Positions 53,938 to 64,000 of a DNA stretch of 64,000 nt are shown here, in pieces. The notes beneath the pieces were generated by a model. It searched no databases. It worked only from the letters and a program-made list of their open reading frames with translations, and was not told where the DNA came from. The translations under genes were made by a program, and so were the position numbers. Source of the DNA: Eledone cirrhosa (Eukaryota); contig OZ024747.1 in assembly GCA_964016885.1 (NCBI GenBank), positions 59,706,001 to 59,770,000 on the forward strand. The letters are read 5' to 3'. Positions within the stretch are counted from its first letter, which is position 1, and the number at the start of each line of letters is the position of its first letter.

Positions 53938-54383
53938 TATACACATACACACACATATATATATACAGACACACATATATATACTATATATATATGTAGA
54001 TATACTATATATATATATGTATATATATTATATATATATATATTATATGTATATATATTATATATATATATATGTATATATATTATATATATATATATGT
54101 ATATATACTATATATATATATGTATATATATTATATATATATATGTATATATATTATATATATATATGTATATATACTATATATATATATATGTAGATAT
54201 ACTATATATATATATGTAGATATATTATATATATATATATGTATATATATTATATATATATATATGTATATATACTATATATATATATATATGTATATAT
54301 ACTATATATATATATATATATGTGTGTGGTGTATACACATCTATCTATATATATGTATATATGTATATATATATATCTATATA

Positions 54384-54415
<32 letters not shown>
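53044..54415. repeat. (TA)n/(TG)n microsatellite blocks
   Basis: Direct reading. Confidence 0.9.
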
Positions 54416-54419
<4 letters not shown>

Positions 54420-54681
54420 TACTTATCTACCCATTTATTCTCATTTAAGAGGATTTAATCTCACCACTATAAGCTGCTCAACTAACCAACAATGTTTATT
54501 TTCCTGACTTCCTAAATTGTTTCTATTCTAGACCTTGATTCAACTCATGGTACATTAAGTAGATTGATCCCAAACTTCGGTATGAACTCTTGATCCTCCA
54601 GTTGAGCAGCCGATTCTTTGTCTCTCAAAACTCTTCACATACTTCACTTTCTCTGTGTTTTTCACATTCTTTTCATCACAT

Positions 54682-55325
<644 letters not shown>

Positions 55326-57436
55326 TCATCATCCTGTGTTCCCCTTTAACCTCCCCCTTTTTATCCTCACACCCTGTCTTCCCTCATGTATTCATTTCTG
55401 AAAGATTATATGCTTTATATTCTTATATTTCAAGTCTTTCATTTGTCTGAACAGAATGATGGTGACATTTACATTAAGTGTACATTACAGTGTCACCTCA
55501 ACTGATTTTCTCAACATCTTTCCCTATGTAGATATATATTTTACTTGGAGAAATTAATATCGTATATCATCTGATGTAGTCATTTATAGCGAGTAGACAG
55601 AAAACCTTTTACAAAAAAATGCCATCTTAAAAACACAATTTCTCAGAAATGGGAAAACTTCTACATTCATTTATCATAATTTCAGTGAAATATTGAAGCC
55701 AATAATGGTACATTGATCACAGAGGAAATTTATTGTTGGTAACTTCTGTTTTACTAAAGAATAACAAGGTTTACTTGGTTGTTATTGTTGTTGTTGTGGT
55801 AGCAGTAGTTGCTGCTGCTGCTGTTAGTAAACCTATGGCAGAATGGTAGCTAGTTTAAGAACTATGCTTAATGCTTTTGTCATTGTCTTAAGATAAAAAG
55901 GAGTTAGATATGTCAGTGGAAGGGGGGGAGGGAATGTTGAAAGAAATGTGGCTGATATGTTGGTTATATAAAATAACTTCAAAGAAATATCTTATTGAAA
56001 AATAAAACTACACCAAGTTTGAAACCTGGGCTTTGATGCCTCTGTACTACCTGAACACACTATCATCTATGCCAGTAGTTCAAACATAGCTGAAGGGAAG
56101 GGCCTTTGCTATGTTTGAAATGTTAAGGACTTTGTTAAATATATGATACGTACATGCTATTAGGTATCCATTCTTCTTTAAGCTTGAGCCTTCCTTTCTT
56201 TTGATTATCCTCGCTTTATAACAAGCTGGGCTGGGTGAGTGATGGTGGGGCAATCGATTTAAATAAAAGGAGTCCTTGACAGTGAAAAGGTTAGGAACCT
56301 CTGATCTTAGAAAATTTTTCTCTGAAGATATTAAATGTAATGTTATTGTGTTTTAGAAAATCTCGGTCTTTTGAACAAAGCGGTAGCAGTGATGTTACTA
56401 ATTGATCCCTTGACAATCACTAAGAAATCCATAAGATACAATTTAGTTTTATTATTCAGAGATGACAAATGGGTGAATAGAGGAGTTATTTGTTAAACTG
56501 TTTGTATGTTACATGTTCAAATCTCCTATGAACTTTTCAATGTTTCTGGACTTCATTTTACATGACCTTCATTTAACCATTTTGATACCAACCCACCTGA
56601 AACTATTCTGGTTTTATGATACAGAACTGCTAATTTTAAATTGAACTTACTTACTTACATTGAAATCTTCCATCATCATTTTATTTAAGACATCAGCTTA
56701 CTAAATAAAAACGTTAACATTTTAAAAATCAATTGATACACAAAGAATATTTCATTATGGTTAATTATATCATTTGGGAAAATTACTTGCTAAACTCTGT
56801 TTTATCCAAAAGAAAATCTGTCTCATTTGAGCTAAGTACTGGTTTTAAACATCTTTTGATGGTTAATGAAGCATTCATATTTTTATAATCTTATTCTTGG
56901 TAATTGATATTGTACAGATACCACTAAGTGCTGATGTGAACATTTGTATTTTTAAACTCAGTCTGAACAATTATATCCAACAATTTATAGAAACTCTCAA
57001 CTTGATATTTTATCAAAATTAAGCATTTTATAATTCAGTTTTGATTCGAATTGAAGTTTGAATCTGAACCTTTTAAAATCTGGCTACCATACTGTTATTC
57101 CAGTGGTTTGGAGTGAGCCATGTCTATATGTAGTATCCTAGATTATCTATCTAATAGACTAGTGGCGTTATCAGTTTTCTTCCTGGTTGTGTGAAACTTT
57201 TCATTTTCTATACAATTCCTCTATTCTCATTAAAATAATTATCAGTAAAATATGTTAGGGATTTATGATAAATGCATCCCACTATACACTGTAAAGTTGT
57301 TGGTGATAAGAAAAGCATCCAGTCATAGAAAATCTGCCAAACAAAGTATTGGGAGGTTTCTTCAGCTATGTCGGAAACATGACAATCTTCCCAGTATTGG
57401 TGCCACGACGAAATACATGTATTGCATTTTATAGAA

Positions 57437-57600
57437 CAGTCATGGACAAACTGTGGCCTGCGAGCTGCATATGGCTCATTTGACTTTCTGTATGGCACGC
57501 CTAATTTCAAAATTACCTTGAATATTCTAGTAGTGTGGCCCACCTTATGATGAGTCACATGCTATGCAGCCCACTGCTTGAAAGAGGTTGCGCATGTTTG
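57437..57600. mobile_element. hAT/Charlie-like MITE
   Basis: cagtcatggacaaactgtggcctgc...gaggttgcgcatgtttg; flanks ttatagaa/gtatagaa (7/8 TSD match). Confidence 0.7.
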
Positions 57601-57741
57601 GTATAGAATGAGGGAATATATGTGAGAAGCAGACCTCTGACCTGTCTGAGGGGTCAGTAGTTCAGATTAAGTACCGACTTGGTCTGTGATGATCTGCCCA
57701 GTCCTTGCTAGCATGAAAAACACTTGTTAAATGATGATAAT

Positions 57742-57945
57742 AATGGTTTCTGATTTAGGGACAAGGCCAATAATTTTAGGAGAGGTGAAAGTCGATTAAA
57801 TCGACTGGTACTTTATGTTATCAACCCCATAAAGATGAAAGGCAAAGCTAACCTCAGCCGGATTGGAACTCAGATCATAATGGGCCATAACCCTATGCTG
57901 CGAAGCCTGTTGTCTGAGACTTTACCAATTCTGACAATCCATCAG
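57742..57945 (-). mobile_element. SINE family A (diverged)
   Basis: ctggtacttt...gatgaaaggcaaagctaacctcagcc...gaactcag. Confidence 0.75.
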
Positions 57946-59401
57946 CCTTTGATAAAAATATTGGGTTTATTTTGTACTGCTCTCCTACTTTTCTATTATT
58001 CTACTTCTGCTTTGGCATAAAAAAAAAAAAATTATTTGGTCAAGGTTCTTCTGTAAAACATTCTTTCTTTAGAGCACAGCTTCTCTCCTGGCAGCAAGAT
58101 ATAATTTGTTTGCCATTTGAGGGAGTCATTGATAGAGTAAATGTGATAGGTTGCCATTACTTCCTGTGTTTGCAGAATTTGAACTTAGACTGCAAAGAAC
58201 CCAGAAGAGATTTTGTAAAATGTCTAATCCAGTGATCTTGACAATTCTGCCAGTCCATCACTCCCTGGTGTGCATTTTATCAACCCAGAAAGAATGGAAG
58301 GTAAAATTGACCTCAGTGAGATTTGGACTCTGACTGCAGAGGGACAGAACATACTGCAAAACTCAAAATCCAATGTTCTCAGAACTCTGTTAGTTTTACA
58401 CCTGGTCATGTTTACTACCTAATATAATTGGGTCCTGTCAACAACTTTTATTCTCTATAATCTATGTGTTTACATATATTTTCCAAATTCATGTTATGGT
58501 ATATCTTTCTGTAAGAGATAAGGAAGGGCACATCTGGCTGTATGAGAAAGTAGAGGAAAGGACTATAAAAGCCATAAATGAGAGGAAAAGGTGGGTAAAA
58601 GCAAGGACACTAGGGCCACAGAAGGAAGGGAAGAGGGTGTGGGGCTCTAGGGTGTGGTGGTGTTGGGGCTGCATACCGTAGACAAGACCACAAAAGTATT
58701 TCTATAGACAATGGCCAGCAATACCCACTGCAACAGCCATCCTACCTCGTGGGGCTCCTTCTTTACATGGGCTGCTGATGTTCTGATCTTGCGGAGGAGC
58801 TCAGCAGTATGGGGTCAAAGTATGCCTGAGGTATTGACAGCAACCAGTGTTGTGGGAAAGCTAAGTCTAATGTTGCAGAACTTTTGGAAATAATTTCGCA
58901 TTCCTCTTTTTTTTTTTTTTGACATCTGAACAGATGTCAAAATAATTTGGTGCGCAAACATATAATAGTGTGAATATTGTCTTTTCAAATGAACTATTTG
59001 TTATGGATGACAACAAAATAATACTGGCAGTAGAATTGTCTTGTCAGAAATACAGAAGACAGAATATTTATTGAATTTCCAGAACACTGTGCGCTCAGCA
59101 TTGTATTAATATTAAATTTCTGAAATGAATGTTTACAATAATTGGTTGTTGTAACATAATAAAATCACACATACACACACAAAGTGGATAGACTTTAGAT
59201 TCCATCTTAGAACCAAGACTATCATTGAAGCTAATTACTAGAATTGATTTAAGAGGTTCTACAGAATGTTTAAAGAATAAAGCAGTTTTAATGTTATTAA
59301 AGTGTTGGGTGTGAAGAAGAGTTTGTTGTTTGAATGAGGCATTTTACATTGGTTTTACATTTAAACCATTGGATACAATATTTCATAGAACAACTATTCC
59401 T

Positions 59402-59812
59402 TTCTCTCGCTCTCTCACCCTCACTCTCTCGCCCTCACTCACCTTCTCACCCTCACGCCCTCACTCACCTTCTCACCCTCACTCTCCTCTCTCACTCTCC
59501 TCTCTCACTCTCCTCTCTCACTCCCCTCCTCTCTCACTCTCCTCTCTCACTCCCCTCCTCTCTCACTCTCCTCTCTCACTCCCCTCCTCTCTCACTCCCC
59601 TCCCCTCTCACTCCCCTTCTCTCTCACTCTCCTTCTCTCTCACTCTCCTTCACTCTCACTCTCCTTCTCATCCTCACTCCCCTTCTCATTCTCACTCCCC
59701 TTCTCTCTCACTCCCCTTCTCTCTCTCACTCCCCTTCTCTCTCTCACTCTCCTTCTCTCTCACTCTCCTTCTCTCTCACTCTCCTTCTCTCTCCCTCTTT
59801 CTCCCTCTTCTC
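59402..59812. repeat. ctctcactcccct-type pyrimidine-rich repeat
   Basis: Direct reading. Confidence 0.9.
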
Positions 59813-60059
59813 TTTTTACCCCTGTCCATTTTCCCCATTGACCATCTTCAGAAACTCCTAAAACAGTTCAGAGAGAGAGGAAGGAAGGAAGGGAGGTATC
59901 TTCACACTTTTGACCTGAAATTGAAGCCAAAATATTAAATATATTGGATGTAAATAGACCTCATGAATTGTCAAACCATTTGAGAATGTGGGAGTCCCAA
60001 ATGCCTCTGTTCACTTTTTTCTCAACTGTAGTGATAGATTGTTGTTACAATTACCTCGG

Positions 60060-60380
60060 CCTTTGTGACTCCTGCCTCAAGGATTTGTTCTGTTTACTAA
60101 AAACACACATTGTCAGGTCTCACACATATTTACTGTAGTGAGTAACTGAGACTATCCATCTAGTTTTGTCTCTCTACACTCTGATTTCAACTACTGCCAA
60201 GGTCAACTTTGCCCTTCATGCTTCTTGGGTTGATAAAATAAAGTCTCTTCACTATATCACTACCATATTAAGGAATTGTTCTGCTTACTAAAAACACACA
60301 TGCTAAGGTCACATATTTACTGTAGTGAGTTCATAAATCTCCATTAACTGAGACTATCCATGCAGTTATCAAACAAAATC
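60060..60380 (+). mobile_element. SINE family A variant with alternative tail (partly tandem)
   Basis: gataaaataaagtctct...actgagactatccatgcagttatcaaacaaaatca, also present at 62810-62962. Confidence 0.6.
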
Positions 60381-61815
60381 AGCTTCTGGGGATATTTAAA
60401 ATTAAAAGACAATGGAGAGAAAAACAAATAAAATCAATTAAAATTTTTGAAAATATAGAAAATTTAGTATGGAAGTAAACCAGGTCTCTAACTCTTAGGC
60501 ATCAAATTCACTCCCGTTTTCTATATTTTCCCAAATTTCAGTTAATTGATTTTATGAACTTTTGTTTATTAATTAACTTTAGTAATGGAAGTTTATCAAC
60601 TCACCATATTACCTTTTGTTACCATATTTTTAATGAAAATCACGGCCTATGATTCACAAGGAATTTTGAAAATAATCAAGAATTCGGAAGGATTTAGTAA
60701 CATAACTTTCAAACTGCTGTTTGAAACATAGCTTGACAAAAGTTTAACATAAAATTGTAATGGAAGGTTTTTAGATAAATATGATCAATGCTAGCATGGA
60801 AAATGGATGATGATGATGATAAACACTTTAAAATGAATAATTGTATCATAGAACCCTGAGTAGTTTCAGGCAGTTTGGTATTAAAAATGTTAATCATGTG
60901 AAACTCTACAGTCAGGAATAGCGCCAGGTCTTTTGTTTCTTGATTATTATTATTTCTAAATGCTTTATATTCTTGATACTCTATTAACATTTATTTCTTC
61001 AACATTTCAATTATTGCTAATCTCATTCACTAAAATATAATAATACCTAAAGAAATGTTTTAAGAACTTGGAAGTATGGAAATCTGTTAGAGTGACTTAA
61101 AATTCTTATGTTATCCAAACCATTTAATTATAATATTAATATTTGTATATCTCCACCACCCCGTCTCCTAAATAGTTGTGAAGATATGAATAGTTGTGAA
61201 GATATGAATGATGTCATCAAATACTGAAGTATGTTCATTATGTGCAGCTCTTTGCTAGCACCAACCACTTAAGCATGATGCAGGAAATAATATATTCTTA
61301 TCAGCAGCTATATAGAAGAAGCATCAAGTAGTTCTTAGCCTTGCTTTAGGGCACCATAACAGTAACAACAACATCAATAACAATACATTTCTGTTGACAT
61401 CATTTGAACTTCTGACTCACTAGTCTGCAATATAAAATCTTATTCCTATTTTCTTTTCCTTCAATAAAAAGTAAAAGAAAAAAAAGGTGATTTATTCACA
61501 GAATAAAGAATCATCGGTTTTGTTTGTCAGAGATTGACTCTGCTAGCTTACTGCTGCTGCCGTCTCTACTACCTTTGTATTTCTCTTAAGTTGGTGCTGC
61601 TAGGAAAATCTTTACTGCAATCAGTAAACAGTTTATTTTGCTGTAAACAGTTGTTAGATAGTGAAATCACCTTTTTATTACAGTGCTGAGAGATTTTTCC
61701 TATTATTCACCGTTATCTGAAAGTCAGTGGAACAATCTAATACCGTAATCTAGAGATATATCGATTCATCTAGCTTCTGCTGGTATTTTCTTTCTCCTTT
61801 CATTTCATCCACTAG

Positions 61816-61891
61816 AATGAATCCTCGTTGGTCTCTTCTAATCCTTTTACCAACAAGATTCCAAGCCAGTTGAGCGATCAAGTGGAGATTG
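61816..61891 (+). CDS. Candidate 76-nt exon
   Basis: Strong polypyrimidine acceptor ttttctttctcctttcatttcatccactag|; donor ttg|gtgaat; frame 0 open, NESSLVSSNPFTNKIPSQLSDQVEI. Confidence 0.25.
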
Positions 61892-62127
61892 GTGAATAGA
61901 ATTTGAATTAATTTACAGTTATTTTGGGAGTAGTTGAGGTAGGTGGAAGATTTGTGTATCAAATAAATAAATAAATAAAATAGAATTTTGTGTTTTCCTT
62001 AACACAAAATATTGATTTTGTGTTTAGACTACATGGTGTATTTTTTTCTTATAATGAATGCATGGGTAATTTTGTCATGGCATTTAGTAAAATATGTAAA
62101 TAAATTGCAGTAAAGTCATCTAAGAGA

Positions 62128-62375
62128 TTAACTCTTTTGATACCAAAATGCTTGAAACTGCCCTTGGTTCTTCAATACAAAGCTCGTTATTTTAAAGTGT
62201 TTATATTTATCTAAAAACCTTCTGTCATAATGTTATGTAAAAACCTTTAAGTTTGGTTCCAAGCACAAATTTAATAATGAGGAAGATAGTTATATTACTA
62301 AATCCCTTGATTATTTTCAAAATCATTTGAAAATAATAAGCAGTGTCTTTCATTAGAAATATAGTAATGAAAGGA
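62128..62375. mobile_element. piggyBac-like MITE family 2 (representative; decayed pieces also near 6233, 38540, 39717, 41820, 56573 and 60840)
   Basis: ttaactcttttgataccaa terminus and shared internal sequence. Confidence 0.6.
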
Positions 62376-62706
62376 TTGATATGAATAAATGTGGCTACTT
62401 CAGTTGACTTTGTGCTGTGTAGTGAATAAATATGTACAGTGCTGAATAAGACCCGTCCCACCCTTGCAAGCAGGGAAAAGCGGACGTAAAATGAAGATGA
62501 TGATGATGATGATGATGTTTATTTTGAAGTCACTCAGTTGTGTGCCATCTTATTGTCAGTTGTGCCAGGATGTTGTGATGGGAAATGCTGCAAGTTCAGT
62601 TCTTGTTGCATACATTTCATATTCTCATATAAATTGCATATATCACTTTTTATTTAGTGATTGTTTTTATTTGTTTCTTTCTTTCTTTCAAAATATATAC
62701 TTCTAA

Positions 62707-62962
62707 GGGTGGTGAATTGGTAGAATCATTAGAGCATTGAAAATAATGTCTTCTGTTAATTCTTTTGTCTTTTTACATTGTGAGTTCAACTCCTTCTAAG
62801 GTCAATGTTGATAAAATAAAGTCTCTTTACTATTTCACCATGATACACACCTCAAGGAATTGTTCTGTTTACTAAATAGACACATGGTAAAGTCTTGGAT
62901 ATGTAGGGAATTTATTAACCTTCATTGACTGAGACTATCCATGCAGTTATCAAACAAAATCA
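62707..62962 (+). mobile_element. SINE family A variant with alternative tail
   Basis: agggtggtgaattggtagaatc head, gagttcaactcc, tail shared with 60230-60380. Confidence 0.65.
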
Positions 62963-63404
62963 CCTCCTAATATTAATATAATTCACTACTTCCTGCAACC
63001 TCCAATATTTCTGTCTTTGTGCCTACGCCAGAAACAATATATGCAGGTATAACTCACCCTATTGGTTCCAGGTTGAGGCATAAGTAAAAAAAAAAAATAA
63101 CGTATGTCGAATTACCCCCCTCCCCTATAAATTGCTAACAGGCATTTGCCAGTGCTGTACTTAAACGATAATTTATGCTGTATATTTTAGTATTTACTTA
63201 AATGTAAATTTTTATTTTTTTTTTATGGTTTAATATTTTTTGATTCTATAGTTTAATATTATGGTTTAATAACACAAGGTTTATTTTTGCTATATAATAT
63301 AAAAACCACTCGTACCACAACTTCAAAAGTGTTGAAACTTGAAACAATGTAAGTCAAGGTGTACCTGCATAATTTTAGTTCTTTAGCATATAGTTTTAAG
63401 GGTG

Positions 63405-63625
63405 TTGGAGTTATGATCATAATGTCATGGGTTTGATTCCTGGGTTGTGTGTTGTATTCTTGAGCAAAACACTTCATTTCATGTTGTTCCAGTATACTCA
63501 GCTGAAAATGAGTATCAGCAATAGCTGAGGGTTTAACTCTGCAATAGACTGGCATCCTGTCCACGGAGAAGTCTTGTACTCTGTGACTTCATGCCACAGA
63601 AACCAGGATAAGCATCAGACCTTTA
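63405..63625 (+). mobile_element. CORE-like SINE (diverged)
   Basis: gggtttgattcc, ttcttgagcaaaacacttc, ctcagctgaaaatgagt. Confidence 0.65.
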
Positions 63626-64000
63626 GACTTTTACCATATAGTGTATTAGTTTTATCCTGTATAATATTATGAATCTTTATTCGAAAACCATTTTTGATTT
63701 AAATAAACAATCTATATTTAGAAATATTTAGTGGATTTGTATGTTATTGAAACTATCTTTTTTACTTTTTAAATAGTCTAAGTTAGACATATAAGACCCT
63801 GGAGATGGAAAAAGTGGACAACTTAGACTATTTTCAAAGCAAACAAATTGAGTTTCAATAAAATACATTTCAAATTTCTTGGTTCAATTTTTGTTTATGT
63901 CCCTAACATAGTTTGAAATGCTGATTTATTTAATTTACATTGCTAATATCCACTTTAAAAATATCAAAGGTACTTCTTAATCTCATATACTCTTCACCTC

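Noticed and set aside
56079-56119. Hairpin ttcaaacatagc...gctatgtttgaa as a pre-miRNA
   Set aside because: Only ~41 nt, and it appears to lie at the end of a decayed hAT-like element (56073-56303)
61750-61962. 70-aa minus-strand ORF
   Set aside because: Non-ATG start and no recognisable motif; splice signals favour the + strand

Overview
Eukaryotic, AT-rich, repeat-saturated DNA with no confidently identifiable host gene. It is probably a large intron or intergenic region of a cephalopod (octopus-like) genome; this is inferred from the SINE, LINE and microsatellite content. Nearly all long ORFs in the track are artefacts of mini- and microsatellites. The real content is: three minisatellite arrays (~35, 27 and 39 bp units); many simple repeats; two tRNA-derived SINE families (Meta-like and CORE-like); two 5'-truncated RTE LINE copies, one with an uninterrupted RT ORF carrying a PHD-type finger; CR1-like 3' ends; piggyBac-like (TTAA) and hAT-like (8-bp TSD) MITEs; and a 200-N gap. 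The most striking object is a 260-bp-arm palindrome (46011-46537) inside a (TA)n tract. Each arm carries a minimal type I hammerhead ribozyme motif, consistent with a Penelope-like element pseudo-LTR. A second, decayed tandem hammerhead-like motif lies at ~35.7 kb. A few weak splice-flanked exon candidates lie on the + strand.
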